A stretch of 32,000 bases of DNA from contig NZ_CP089977.1 in assembly GCF_025643275.1 (NCBI RefSeq), positions 1,290,001-1,322,000 of the forward strand, read 5' to 3'. The notes under the pieces were generated by a model. It saw nothing but the letters and a program-made list of their open reading frames with translations, was not told where the DNA came from and ran no database searches. The position numbers and the translations under genes were made by a program. Origin of the DNA: Moraxella nasicaprae (GTDB lineage: Bacteria > Pseudomonadota > Gammaproteobacteria > Pseudomonadales > Moraxellaceae). Positions 1 to 9,771 of the stretch are shown piece after piece; position 1 is the first letter of the stretch; each line of letters starts with the position of its first letter.

Positions 1-2
1 CT

Positions 3-1220
3 TTGCGTGTGGTGGAGATTGTTCCTAATAAACCGTATATTGGCATCGAAGTACCAAACGAAAAACGAGAAATGGTGCGTTTGATTGAGCTTTTGGATAC
101 GCCTGATTATCAAGATAATGACAATCAGATTGCCATTGCGGTGGGCAAGGACATTGGCGGTAAGCCTGTCATTGCCGACCTTGCCAAAGCACCACACATG
201 CTGGTGGCAGGTACGACAGGTTCTGGCAAATCAGTGTTGGTCAATTCGTTTTTATTGTCAATGCTACTAAAATATACGCCAGATGAATTAAAATTGGTGC
301 TTATTGACCCAAAACAATTAGAGCTTGCCAACTATGGCGATATTCCACACCTATTGACACCTGTCATCACAGACATGAATGATGCGGTGGCGGCATTGAC
401 TTGGTGTGTTACTGAGATGGAACGCCGTTATCAGTTGATGGCCAAGTTAAAGGTGCGTAAGATTTCTGAGTTTAACAAAAAACTTGCCCAAGCTGAAAGC
501 AGAAATGAGCCGATTTATGACCCACTTTGGAAGGCTTCCGACAGCGTCAGTCAGTCCAAGCCACCTAAGCTAAAACCGTTGCCACTCATTGTTGTTGTGG
601 CGGACGAATTTGCTGATATGATTATGCAGCTTGGCAAGACGGCTGAGGACCCGATTGTGCGTCTTGCTCAAAAGGCTCGTGCAGCAGGTATTCATTTGTT
701 GCTTGCCACCCAACGCCCAACGGTCAATGTGGTGACGGGCTTGATTAAGGCGAATGTGCCAGCCCGTGTGGCACTACGAGTGAACTCCAAAGTGGATAGT
801 CGCACCATCATCGAGGAGGGTGGTGCTGAGGATATGCTTGGGCATGGCGACATGATGTTCATTGGACCTGGCAAAAACAGCCCAGAGCGTGTTCATGGAG
901 CGTATGTCGATGATGATGAGGTCAATCGTATCTGTGATGCGTGGCGTGAACGAGGTCGTCCTGATTATATTGATTTGTCAAGCAGTTATACTTTTGAGGG
1001 CGAGGGGTCTGGCGATGCTCGTTCTTTGGGTGCAGGCGTGGACGATTTGTATGATGAGGCGGTTGCTCTTGTGCTAGAAACTCGCAAAACTTCTACTTCG
1101 TTCATACAAAGAAAGTTGGGCGTTGGCTATAATCGTGCAGCTCGCATCGTTGAGCAAATGGAAGAGCAAGGCTTGTTAAGTGCAGCTGATAATAGTGGCA
1201 AAAGACAGATATTGATGTAA
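3..1220 (+). CDS. ftsK: DNA translocase FtsK, C-terminal motor and gamma domains (5' end cut by window edge)
   Basis: ORF is open from the window start. It has Walker A GTTGSGKS, Walker B VVVADEFAD, and a C-terminal winged-helix gamma domain (SFIQRKLGVGYNRAARIVEQMEEQGLL). Stop TAA at 1218-1220. Confidence 0.95.
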   Translation: MRVVEIVPNKPYIGIEVPNEKREMVRLIELLDTPDYQDNDNQIAIAVGKDIGGKPVIADLAKAPHMLVAGTTGSGKSVLVNSFLLSMLLKYTPDELKLVLIDPKQLELANYGDIPHLLTPVITDMNDAVAALTWCVTEMERRYQLMAKLKVRKISEFNKKLAQAESRNEPIYDPLWKASDSVSQSKPPKLKPLPLIVVVADEFADMIMQLGKTAEDPIVRLAQKARAAGIHLLLATQRPTVNVVTGLIKANVPARVALRVNSKVDSRTIIEEGGAEDMLGHGDMMFIGPGKNSPERVHGAYVDDDEVNRICDAWRERGRPDYIDLSSSYTFEGEGSGDARSLGAGVDDLYDEAVALVLETRKTSTSFIQRKLGVGYNRAARIVEQMEEQGLLSAADNSGKRQILM

Positions 1221-1221
1221 G

Positions 1222-1734
1222 ATGAATCTATCAAGTAGCACCATTGCCATCATCGTTGTGCTGTTAGTAGCAGGATTTGCGATTGGTAATTTTATGGGAG
1301 CAAAACCTAAGCCAAATCAGGTCAGGTCGGCTGAATTGCGTCTGCTGGCAAGAGGGCTTAGATTGTATCCAAAATTAGTGCCAACCCCAAGTTGGTTGCC
1401 TTATGATAAGCCAATGGTAACCCAATACACACTCATCATTGATGAGCTTAGCCTACCAATGGCGTGCTATGTGGCAGAGGCTGGCGTGTGGCGATTGCTT
1501 GATGGGGCGGTCAATGACCGACCAAAGGTGCTTCATCAGGCAAAGATTGCGTTGCCAGATTCGTTGTTGCTACTGGTGCTGGGTTTGCAAATCAAAGCCA
1601 ATAGCATCACGATTTTTTGGCAAGATGAACAATATCAGTACAGCAAACAAGCATTGAAATTGGATAAGATACTCGCCCAAGCAGATTTGCAAGCATTAAA
1701 AGAGGCATTGACACGGTGGGCGGAACAAATTTAG
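1222..1734 (+). CDS. Hypothetical membrane-anchored protein (170 aa, one N-terminal TM helix)
   Basis: The ATG lies 1 nt after the ftsK stop (TAA-g-ATG). The N-terminal segment IAIIVVLLVAGFAIGNF is hydrophobic. No motif recognised. Confidence 0.55.
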   Translation: MNLSSSTIAIIVVLLVAGFAIGNFMGAKPKPNQVRSAELRLLARGLRLYPKLVPTPSWLPYDKPMVTQYTLIIDELSLPMACYVAEAGVWRLLDGAVNDRPKVLHQAKIALPDSLLLLVLGLQIKANSITIFWQDEQYQYSKQALKLDKILAQADLQALKEALTRWAEQI

Positions 1735-1786
1735 GGAAATGGTGGGTTGTTTTTATGATGATTTCACCTCATTTTGACAAAAAGGA

Positions 1787-1815
1787 TTGACAAAACTTGA
1801 TTGTCATTTTATCTT
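1787..1815 (+). promoter_or_regulatory. Candidate sigma70 promoter for topA (TTGACA-17 nt-TATCTT)
   Basis: TTGACA at 1787-1792, a 17-nt spacer, then TATCTT at 1810-1815. A second TTGACA sits 13 nt upstream (1774-1779). The inverted repeat TGACAA..TTGTCA overlaps the spacer. Confidence 0.35.
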
Positions 1816-1896
1816 TTTATGGGCGTGCGATGAGACAGGAGGTGTCATTGTGCGAGTTTTTTATTGATTAATCGTTTAATTTTTTAAGGCATATTG

Positions 1897-4515
1897 ATGG
1901 CAACCACCACAAAAACAAGCAAATCCACCACTCCAACCGCCAGTGCAAAAGGCAAATCGCTGGTCATCGTGGAATCACCTGCCAAAGCCAAAACCATTAA
2001 CAAATATCTAGGCAGTGATTATATTGTCCGTTCTAGCGTTGGTCATATTAGAGATTTGCCTGTGGGCGGTAGTGGTGGCAAAACAGAAAAGGTGGACGAG
2101 ACGGGTCTGTCTCGTGAACAAAAGGCGTGGCGAGCATTGGTGCGTCGTATGGGTGTCAATCCTGAGCAGGATTGGGCGGCGGTGTATGAGATTTTGCCCA
2201 ACAAAACCAAAGTCATTCGTGAACTTAAAGCCCTAGCCAAAGATGCTGATAAAATCTATCTGGCAACCGACTTGGATAGAGAGGGAGAGGCGATTGCTTG
2301 GCATCTTAAAGAAGTCATTGGTGGTAGTGATGACAAATACAGCCGTGTGGTGTTCAATGAAATCACCAAAACAGCGGTGCAGCACGCCTTTGAACAGCCT
2401 GCCAAATTAAACATTGACCGTGTCAATGCTCAGCAAGCTCGCCGTTTTCTTGACCGTGTGGTTGGCTTTATGGTCTCGCCATTGTTGTGGGCAAAAATCG
2501 CTCGTGGTCTGTCAGCAGGTCGTGTGCAGTCGGTAGCAACTCGTTTGGTGGTTGAAAGAGAACGAGAAATTCGTGCGTTTGTGCCAACCGAATACTGGCA
2601 AATCCACACCGTCAATACTGCCGCAGGTCAGGCATTGGAGTTGGAGGCTGCCAAATATCAGGGCAAGACACTTAAACTGGGCAATAAAGAAGAGACGGAT
2701 AAGCTGGTTCATGTCTTGCAATCGGCGGATTTTGTGGTGTCAGCTTTGGAAGAAAAACCCACACAGTCTCGTCCATCAGCACCTTTTATCACTTCTACTT
2801 TGCAGCAGGCGGCCAGCACTCGCTTGGGTTTTAGTGTAAAAAAGACCATGATTTTGGCACAACGACTGTATGAGGCAGGACACATCACTTATATGCGTAC
2901 TGACTCAACTTTTTTGAGCCAAGATGCACTCAATGCGGTGCGTGATTATATTGATGGGAATTTTGGCAGTCAGTATCTGCCAGCCAAGCCTAATTTTTAT
3001 GGCAATAAACAAAATGCCCAAGAGGCACACGAGGCGATTCGCCCATCGAATGTGCTGGTCAAATCATCGCAACTGACTGGCATGGAGCGAGATGCTCAAA
3101 GATTGTATGAATTGATTTGGCGACAGTTTGTGGCGTGTCAGATGACCCCTGCTCGCTATCAGTCGGTCAGTTTGATTGTTGATGCCAGTGGTGTAGAACT
3201 AAAAGCAAAAGGTCGAACGCTGCTGTTTGATGGATATACCAAGATTCAACCGCCTGCCAAAAGTGATGATGTGCTATTGCCAAGCGTGAAAGTGGGCGAA
3301 AAATTACCGTTGATTGACATCAAACCAAGTCAGCATTTTACCAAGCCGCCTGCTCGTTATAGTGAGGCAAGTTTGGTCAAAGAGCTAGAAAGTCGTGGCA
3401 TCGGTCGCCCTTCAACTTATGCGTCCATCATTTCCACCATTCAAGAGCGTGGCTATGTTAAGCTGGAAAACAAACGCCTGTATGCGGAAAAAATGGGCGA
3501 CATCGTCACCGAACGCTTAGTGGAGAGTTTTCCTGATTTGATGGATTATGCGTTTACCGCAGGATTAGAAGACCGACTTGATGAAGTGGCACTTGGCGAG
3601 GAAGATTGGAAAAAGCTGCTGGATAATTTTTATCAAGGCTTTAAAAACAAACTAGAAATTGCTAAGTCTGCACAAGGAATGCGTCCTAACGACCCCACCA
3701 ATGTGGCGGACATTCATTGCCAAGAATGTGGTCGTCCGATGCAGATTCGCACAGGTTCGACTGGTGTGTTTTTGGGTTGTACTGGCTATAATCTGCCCCC
3801 AAAAGAACGCTGCAAAGGCACAAAAAATCTCATGCCAGCTTCTGCTTTTGAGTTTGATGCTGATGATGAATCTGCCGAAGTCAATGCCTTGATGGAGAAA
3901 AAACGCTGCCCAAAATGCAATGCAGCGATGGACGGCTATGTGGTTGATGGTGGTCTAAAACTCCATGTTTGTGGCAATAACCCAGATTGCGATGGTTATG
4001 TGTTAGAAAAGGGCGTTTTTGAGGTCGGTGGAGCAACGAATGACGCACCGACCATCGATTGCGACAAATGCGATGGGCAGATGGAGCTAAAAACAGGGCG
4101 GTTTGGGGCGTATTTTGCGTGCAGAAATTGCGATAATACTCGCAAAGTACTCAAAAATGGACAGGCAGCACCGCCACGCATGACTGCCATCGCCATGCCA
4201 CAACTGCGTTCACAAAAGTTTGATGACCATTATGTGCTTCGAGAAGGGGCGGCAGGACTATTTTTGGCAGCATCCAAATTCCCCAAAGTGCGTGAAACTC
4301 GTCCGCCCAAATTAAGCGAACTACGCACGATTCAAGACCAGCTTGATGATAAATTTCAATATCTTTTTGCTGCACCAGATACTGATGATGATGGCAATCC
4401 AACAATTTTGCGATGGTCTCGCAAAAATAATGAGCAGTATGTTGGTTCAGAAAAAGATGGCAAGGCAACTCGTTTTGCTTTGGTCTGGAAAGATGGTGCT
4501 TGGGTTAAGGGTTAA
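1897..4515 (+). CDS. topA: DNA topoisomerase I
   Basis: Toprim N-terminus [18 protein letters not shown], active-site region ITYMRTDS, and several C-terminal Cys4 zinc-ribbon motifs. The ATG at 1897 is preceded by AAGG; the ORF track starts one codon earlier at TTG 1894. Confidence 0.96.
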   Translation: MATTTKTSKSTTPTASAKGKSLVIVESPAKAKTINKYLGSDYIVRSSVGHIRDLPVGGSGGKTEKVDETGLSREQKAWRALVRRMGVNPEQDWAAVYEILPNKTKVIRELKALAKDADKIYLATDLDREGEAIAWHLKEVIGGSDDKYSRVVFNEITKTAVQHAFEQPAKLNIDRVNAQQARRFLDRVVGFMVSPLLWAKIARGLSAGRVQSVATRLVVEREREIRAFVPTEYWQIHTVNTAAGQALELEAAKYQGKTLKLGNKEETDKLVHVLQSADFVVSALEEKPTQSRPSAPFITSTLQQAASTRLGFSVKKTMILAQRLYEAGHITYMRTDSTFLSQDALNAVRDYIDGNFGSQYLPAKPNFYGNKQNAQEAHEAIRPSNVLVKSSQLTGMERDAQRLYELIWRQFVACQMTPARYQSVSLIVDASGVELKAKGRTLLFDGYTKIQPPAKSDDVLLPSVKVGEKLPLIDIKPSQHFTKPPARYSEASLVKELESRGIGRPSTYASIISTIQERGYVKLENKRLYAEKMGDIVTERLVESFPDLMDYAFTAGLEDRLDEVALGEEDWKKLLDNFYQGFKNKLEIAKSAQGMRPNDPTNVADIHCQECGRPMQIRTGSTGVFLGCTGYNLPPKERCKGTKNLMPASAFEFDADDESAEVNALMEKKRCPKCNAAMDGYVVDGGLKLHVCGNNPDCDGYVLEKGVFEVGGATNDAPTIDCDKCDGQMELKTGRFGAYFACRNCDNTRKVLKNGQAAPPRMTAIAMPQLRSQKFDDHYVLREGAAGLFLAASKFPKVRETRPPKLSELRTIQDQLDDKFQYLFAAPDTDDDGNPTILRWSRKNNEQYVGSEKDGKATRFALVWKDGAWVKG

Positions 4516-4536
4516 GATTCTTGCCACAAGCCCAAC

Positions 4537-4573
4537 AAAAAAAGAACGCATCAATGCTGGTGCGTTCTTTTTT
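4537..4573. terminator. Bidirectional rho-independent terminator between convergent topA and the DUF808 gene
   Basis: A-run, then stem GAACGCA (4544-4550) / TGCGTTC (4561-4567), then T-run 4568-4573. Confidence 0.75.
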
Positions 4574-4584
4574 GTTGATGAGAT

Positions 4585-5505
4585 TTAGGATTTTTTGAAG
4601 AGTTTTTTGCCAGCGATGAGAATAAACAACACTACCAATCCTGCCAAAAATCCAACCACGCCATTATAGACCGCTTCGGTCAAACTACCAAAAATGCCTG
4701 ATAGATTTGCCAAATCTTGGGCTTGGTGATGTAGTATGTCGATGCCATGCACCAAAATACCGCCACCAACCAAAAACATGGCAAGCGTTCCTGCAATGGA
4801 TAAAAATTTCATCAGCTTAGGAGCGAATGCAAGCAATGCCCTGCCTAAGGCTTGACTGGTTGAGCTAGGTTTATTAAGTAGATACAGACCCATGTCGTCT
4901 AGTTTGACAATCACACCCACCAAGCCATACACGCCCACGGTCATCAAGATGGCAATCAGCGATAGAGCGATGGCTTTGGTAGCAAGTGTTGCCGTTGCCA
5001 TCACGCCCAAAGAAATCACAACAATCTCAGCAGATAAAATAAAATCGGTACGCACCGCCCCACGGATTTTGTCTTTTTCTAGGGCGACTAGGTCAATGGT
5101 TTGGTCTGCATTGGCTTCTAGGCGTTTTTGATGGACTTCTTCGTCATCAAGGTCGTGTGGCAAGAGATTTGGGGCGAATTTATGAACGATTTTTTCAGCA
5201 CCTTCAAAGCATAGAAACAGACCGCCAATCATCAGTAGGGGTGTGATGAGCCAAGCGGCAACAGCACTAATCAATAATGCTGCTGGTACCAAGATGAGCT
5301 TATTGACAGCAGAACCTTTGGCAACCGCCCAGACGACCGACAACTCTCGGTCGGCACGCACGCCAGAGACTTGCTGTGCGTTTAATGCCAAATCATCACC
5401 CAAAACCCCAGAGGTTTTTTTGGCGGCAAGTTTGGTCATGACAGACACATCGTCTAAGATGGCGGCGATGTCGTCCAAAAGCAAAAGTAAACTACCTGAT
5501 GCCAT
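4585..5505 (-). CDS. DUF808 family inner-membrane protein (YedI-like)
   Basis: The N-terminus [49 protein letters not shown] matches the E. coli YedI pattern. I chose the ATG at 5505 because the longer ORF (to 5565) would run into the cmoB terminator hairpin. Confidence 0.85.
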   Translation of the reverse strand: MASGSLLLLLDDIAAILDDVSVMTKLAAKKTSGVLGDDLALNAQQVSGVRADRELSVVWAVAKGSAVNKLILVPAALLISAVAAWLITPLLMIGGLFLCFEGAEKIVHKFAPNLLPHDLDDEEVHQKRLEANADQTIDLVALEKDKIRGAVRTDFILSAEIVVISLGVMATATLATKAIALSLIAILMTVGVYGLVGVIVKLDDMGLYLLNKPSSTSQALGRALLAFAPKLMKFLSIAGTLAMFLVGGGILVHGIDILHHQAQDLANLSGIFGSLTEAVYNGVVGFLAGLVVLFILIAGKKLFKKS

Positions 5506-5552
5506 GTTTGTGTATTCCAAATCAAATGATAATAAAAAGCGTATTATAAGCC

Positions 5553-5580
5553 AAAAAATCGCCACAGATTGTAGCGATTT
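5553..5580 (-). terminator. Rho-independent terminator after cmoB
   Basis: On the minus strand: stem AAATCGC / GCGATTT (5574-5580 with 5556-5562), followed by TTTTTT (plus-strand A-run 5553-5558). Confidence 0.6.
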
Positions 5581-5591
5581 GTTGTGAATGA

Positions 5592-6620
5592 TTAGGGTTT
5601 TTTGGCAATCATCACCGCTCGTTTCGGGCGAGGATAGCCTTCCACCGTTTTGCTGTCGTCATTAGGGTCTAAAAAGTCGGATAAGGAATGGTAGGTCATC
5701 CATTCGCTGGCTCGCTGTTCTTCGTGCGTGGTGATGTTCAAATCCACACAACGAACATCGACAAAACCTGCCTTTTCAAGCCATAAAGTCAATGCCGCCA
5801 CCGATGGTAAAAAATAGACATTATTCATCATGGCGTAGCGGTCTTTTGGCACCAAAACGGTATTTTCATCGCCATCAACCACTAAGGTTTCTAGCACCAA
5901 TTCCCCATTTTTTAGGAGTTGATTTTTTAATTGCAACAAACAATCAAATGGCGATGCACGATGATATAGCACCCCCATACAAAAGACTGTATGAAACAGC
6001 TCTCCTGAGGGCAATTCTTCAAGACCAACAGGGATAAAATGAATGCTTGATTGGTTAAAGCTGTTTTTTAGATCGCCCAAAAAATGCCTAATTGCCATAA
6101 ATTGATGATAAAACAAGCAAGATGGGTCGATGACAATGACCGTGCTTGCCCCAGCTCCTACCATACGAAAACCATGATAGCCAGAACCACCACCAACATC
6201 AAGCACTCGTTTGCCTGTCAAATCGGCAATGTGTGGTAGTACCCTGTCCCACTTTAAATCACTACGCCATTCGGTATCAATGTGAATGCTTTGCTCATCA
6301 TCGCCAATCAAAAAACCGCCTTTTCGCCACGGCATCAAGTTTTTTAGTAGAGCTTCGCTTTTGCGATAGTCATCTTGCCTAAGGCTTACTTTGACGGTAA
6401 CACAGCGATGATTTAGGTCGATGGAGTGCGGCTCAGCGATGGGCAGTTTGTTTACCACAGATTCATAATAAGGAGCATGAGCATAGCGTTCCTTATTTTT
6501 GATGGCAGCCAGCCAATCGGGCAGTTTTTTTAGCCATGCTTGGGCAATGGGATATTTTTGGCTAAGAGCAAACAGGGTCAAATAAAGCTGTTGCTCGCTA
6601 TGATAGATGCTATTATTCAT
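5592..6620 (-). CDS. cmoB: tRNA U34 carboxymethyltransferase CmoB
   Basis: Strong similarity to E. coli CmoB along the whole length ([84 protein letters not shown]). I chose the start at MNNSIYH (6620); the ORF track extends to 6680. Confidence 0.93.
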   Translation of the reverse strand: MNNSIYHSEQQLYLTLFALSQKYPIAQAWLKKLPDWLAAIKNKERYAHAPYYESVVNKLPIAEPHSIDLNHRCVTVKVSLRQDDYRKSEALLKNLMPWRKGGFLIGDDEQSIHIDTEWRSDLKWDRVLPHIADLTGKRVLDVGGGSGYHGFRMVGAGASTVIVIDPSCLFYHQFMAIRHFLGDLKNSFNQSSIHFIPVGLEELPSGELFHTVFCMGVLYHRASPFDCLLQLKNQLLKNGELVLETLVVDGDENTVLVPKDRYAMMNNVYFLPSVAALTLWLEKAGFVDVRCVDLNITTHEEQRASEWMTYHSLSDFLDPNDDSKTVEGYPRPKRAVMIAKKP

Positions 6621-6624
6621 GGGT

Positions 6625-7185
6625 TTAGTGTGCGGTGTGATTGGTGCTGTATAAAATCTTATCGGTATAAGCAATGGCAATCGCTGATGCCAAAAATCCT
6701 AGATGTAGCAGTAGTTGCCATTGCATCGTGGTTGGGCTGACATTAGCAGCGTTGATGAATGTTTGTAGCATATGAATACTAGAAATGCTGATGATTGCCA
6801 TGGATAGTTTGACTTTAAGCACTGAGGCATTCACATGGTTGAGCCATTCAGGTTGGTCAGGGTGGTCATCGACATTCAAGCGAGAAACAAAAGTCTCATA
6901 ACCACCAACAATCACCATCACAAGCAGGTTGGCAATCATCACCACATCAATCAGGCTAAGTACACCCAGCATGATGGTGTTTTCGTCCATCTGACCTAGA
7001 TTGACAATCAGATGCCACAAAGATTTTAAAAATTTGTAGGCATAAATGGCTTGCACTACAATCAATCCCAAATAAATGGGCAGTTGCAGCCAGCGACTGG
7101 CAAAAATAATCTTGGCAAAAATACTTTGGCGACTTTCAATGCCAATAGCGGTGTTTTCTAAAATGTCTTTATTTAAATTACCCAT
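6625..7185 (-). CDS. yqhA: UPF0114 / YqhA family inner-membrane protein
   Basis: It has the family signature [19 protein letters not shown] (E. coli YqhA has ASRWLLAPVYFGL) and four predicted TM segments. GC content is native-like. Confidence 0.75.
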   Translation of the reverse strand: MGNLNKDILENTAIGIESRQSIFAKIIFASRWLQLPIYLGLIVVQAIYAYKFLKSLWHLIVNLGQMDENTIMLGVLSLIDVVMIANLLVMVIVGGYETFVSRLNVDDHPDQPEWLNHVNASVLKVKLSMAIISISSIHMLQTFINAANVSPTTMQWQLLLHLGFLASAIAIAYTDKILYSTNHTAH

Positions 7186-7198
7186 AATGCTCTCTTAA

Positions 7199-8056
7199 TC
7201 ACATATATTGCCAAGTATTTTTCATAAATCCGATAATGTCTTTTAATGGCACTTTTTCAATGCTAATATTATCGCCAGACTTTTCCAAAATAATCATACA
7301 GCCGTCTGACAATTTACCCTCTTGATTAAACTCTAGCTCTTTTATTTTAACCGATTGGGTAATGCCATTATCGTATAATTCATTATTAAAAGGTTCACCC
7401 GTATGCCCATAAAAATGATAAGAAAAGGCAATATTATTTAAAGTCTCGGCAATTTCAACCGAACCGTAGCCACGAATGCTTTCGCTCGGTTTGTCGTGAG
7501 TGATTAGAATATCAAAGTCTTGTTTGCTTTTAAAGAGCTTTTTTAGTGCTTGATATTCATACTCTTGAATAAACTGACTGTCTTTTCGCCCCTTTCTATC
7601 GCCAATTCGTCCAATGCCAATTAAAGAAATTTTTTCATTGCCATTATCCAAAATAATTGGCACGCCTGTTCGCATAACCCATACTTTTTGATAACAATCA
7701 ATAGAAAAATGGGTTTGATTGTTTAATTCGGCTTGTTTTTCTAAATTATCCAAAAACAAATGGTCTTCGTGATTGCCCCGCACGCACAGCATATTAAGAT
7801 TTAATCCATTTAAAAATTTCTCAATCTCTCTATTCTTTTGGCAAAATTGCCTTAAAAACCCGAGTTCATCAGGGTCATTTTGGGCGTGGCGTAAGGTGGC
7901 TTTATCCATTGTGTTTTTGTTGGGAAATGCCCCCATATCGCCACATTGGATAATATAATCAATCTTTTTGCCTGTTAGATTTTGGTAATGATTTACCAAT
8001 TTAAAAGGCAATAAAAATTTTCCGTGAATGTCTGCAAAGATTGCCAGTCTTATCAT
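7199..8056 (-). CDS. Calcineurin-like metallophosphoesterase (285 aa), substrate unknown
   Basis: All five canonical motifs are in order: FADIHG, CGDMG, RGNHEDH, ILITHD, YGHTG. The ATG overlaps the cmoA stop (ATGA at 8053-8056). G+C is markedly lower than in the flanking genes. Confidence 0.85.
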   Translation of the reverse strand: MIRLAIFADIHGKFLLPFKLVNHYQNLTGKKIDYIIQCGDMGAFPNKNTMDKATLRHAQNDPDELGFLRQFCQKNREIEKFLNGLNLNMLCVRGNHEDHLFLDNLEKQAELNNQTHFSIDCYQKVWVMRTGVPIILDNGNEKISLIGIGRIGDRKGRKDSQFIQEYEYQALKKLFKSKQDFDILITHDKPSESIRGYGSVEIAETLNNIAFSYHFYGHTGEPFNNELYDNGITQSVKIKELEFNQEGKLSDGCMIILEKSGDNISIEKVPLKDIIGFMKNTWQYM

Positions 8057-8814
8057 TCTTTAAATCCAATCATTGAAGCAAAATTTAAAAACATGAACCA
8101 AGTTAAACTCCGCTCAAAACCTGCTTGCGACAGTCTGTCATGATGTGTTTGTAGCGTGTCGGTCATCAGTACATTTTCTAGGGCGTTGCGTTTACCACTG
8201 ATTTCCAGCTCGCTATAACCATTGGCACGCTTAAAATCATAATAGCGTTCCACTCGCCAAGCATCGTCTTGTTCATCGTTTAGATGGGTTTTTTCGGTCA
8301 AAATCAAAATACCACCATCAGCAAGAGCGTCATGGCATTTTTTGAGCAAATCAAGGCGTTTGTCAGGCGATAAAAATTGTAAGGTCAGATTCAGCACAAT
8401 CATGTCGCATTCTTGTAATGGCAATTCACAAATATCAGCAAGAATAAATTCGATATGATGATGGGGATAATGCTCGGTCAGTACCGTTTTGGCTTTATCA
8501 ATCATGGGGGCAGAAATATCCACCGCCAAAATTTGTAATTCATCAGGGGTGAATTTATCTGCCAGTGCAAACGACACCGCCCCCAAAGAACAGCCTAAGT
8601 CATAAATACGGCTGACTTTTTTGCCATCATCATGCTGACGAAACAGACAATGACGGCGGGCAAAAATAGGGAGCATGGCAAGCATTTGCCCATAGCCTGG
8701 CACACTACGGCGTATCATGTCAGGAAAACAGGCAACCACTTCTTCATCAAAACTAAATCTGGCAGTTTTATCCAAAGGTGTGGCAAATAGGGTATCGTGA
8801 GCAATATTGGACAT
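8053..8814 (-). CDS. cmoA: Carboxy-S-adenosyl-L-methionine synthase CmoA
   Basis: Similarity to E. coli CmoA throughout ([64 protein letters not shown]). Confidence 0.93.
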   Translation of the reverse strand: MSNIAHDTLFATPLDKTARFSFDEEVVACFPDMIRRSVPGYGQMLAMLPIFARRHCLFRQHDDGKKVSRIYDLGCSLGAVSFALADKFTPDELQILAVDISAPMIDKAKTVLTEHYPHHHIEFILADICELPLQECDMIVLNLTLQFLSPDKRLDLLKKCHDALADGGILILTEKTHLNDEQDDAWRVERYYDFKRANGYSELEISGKRNALENVLMTDTLQTHHDRLSQAGFERSLTWFMFLNFASMIGFKE

Positions 8815-8854
8815 AAATTGATGATTGGGCTTGTTGTTTGGCTAAATTGTTCGT

Positions 8855-8863
8855 ATTATACCA
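8855..8863 (-). promoter_or_regulatory. Candidate extended -10 promoter element (TGgTATAAT) for the cmoA operon
   Basis: The minus strand reads TGGTATAAT about 40 nt upstream of the cmoA ATG. No good -35 element. Confidence 0.35.
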
Positions 8864-8988
8864 TTGTGATGAATTTTATGCTTAACATTATGGTTTGCTG
8901 ACACCAATCGTGATGTTTGATTGGATAGATTACCTGTTTGCTCGGTTAATATCAAGATGACAAGATGAATGACAAAGGAGATAAGACG

Positions 8989-9507
8989 ATGGCAAAAATT
9001 GTACTAGGTGGCGGCTGTTTTTGGTGTACTGAGGCGGTGTTTTTACAGCTTCAAGGTGTGCTATCAGTAACCTCTGGCTATATGGGCGGAGAGGCACAGA
9101 CGGCTGATTATGAGAGCGTCTGCACAGGTCAGACAGGGCATATTGAAGTGATTTTGGTTGAGTTTGATGAACAAGTGATTGATTTATCAACCATTTTTTC
9201 GGTATTTTTTGCCACACACGACCCGACCACGCTAAATCGTCAAGGCAATGATATTGGCACGCAATATGCGTCAGCAATTTTTTATTTTGACGATGAACAA
9301 AAGCACCTCGCCCAAACTGCCATTGATGAATTAAAAGCCGATGGCGTGGCGGTGGTAACGCATCTGCGACAGGCGATGGTGTTTTATCCTGCCGAAGAGT
9401 ATCATCAAAACTTTTTTGCCAAAAATCCTACGCAAGGCTATTGTAATTTTGCCATTCCGCCAAAGCTTGGCAAGTTGCGTGAAAAATTTGCTTCATTGCT
9501 CAAATAA
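8989..9507 (+). CDS. msrA: Peptide-methionine (S)-S-oxide reductase MsrA
   Basis: Active-site motif GGGCFWC. AAGGAG (8975-8980) lies 8 nt before the ATG at 8989; the ORF track starts at an upstream ATG, 8965. Confidence 0.92.
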   Translation: MAKIVLGGGCFWCTEAVFLQLQGVLSVTSGYMGGEAQTADYESVCTGQTGHIEVILVEFDEQVIDLSTIFSVFFATHDPTTLNRQGNDIGTQYASAIFYFDDEQKHLAQTAIDELKADGVAVVTHLRQAMVFYPAEEYHQNFFAKNPTQGYCNFAIPPKLGKLREKFASLLK

Positions 9508-9771
9508 GCAGGATAATTTCGCCCAAAAATCAATCAAATGGTTACGCTTTTGTTGCCAGATGGTTGTTTTTGTCGGCAAAAACCGATTTTGTTTTGTATT
9601 TGCTCCCAAAATTGGGTAATCTTAACCCTGATATTTTGTGCATTTGCCAAAGTTGGGCGGTTTAGGCATTGGTCGGACGATGGATTTTTTTATCATTCAT
9701 CATCGGGTGTTTTTGCTGACCTAGTTTGCTTGATTTTGGCAAAATTCGTTGATTTTGACCTAAGGATTTTT

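Noticed and set aside
8930-9277. A 115-aa ORF lies antisense to msrA.
   Set aside because: It lies entirely within or opposite the well-supported msrA frame and its upstream region. The product has no motifs, so it is typical antisense shadow ORF noise. The same reasoning applies to the many other 60-110-aa ORFs nested inside topA, putP, the M3 peptidase, prs, hemA and others.
9538-9771. Long N-terminal extensions appear in the ORF track for the transglycosylase. Similar extensions appear for the porin (22380-22499), cmoB (6621-6680), pth (15814-15855), putP (16547-16594) and the DUF808 gene (5506-5565).
   Set aside because: In each case an internal ATG with a good Shine-Dalgarno sequence begins a canonical signal peptide or the conserved N-terminus of the family. 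The extensions are AT-rich and promoter- or terminator-like, and several start at TTG or GTG.
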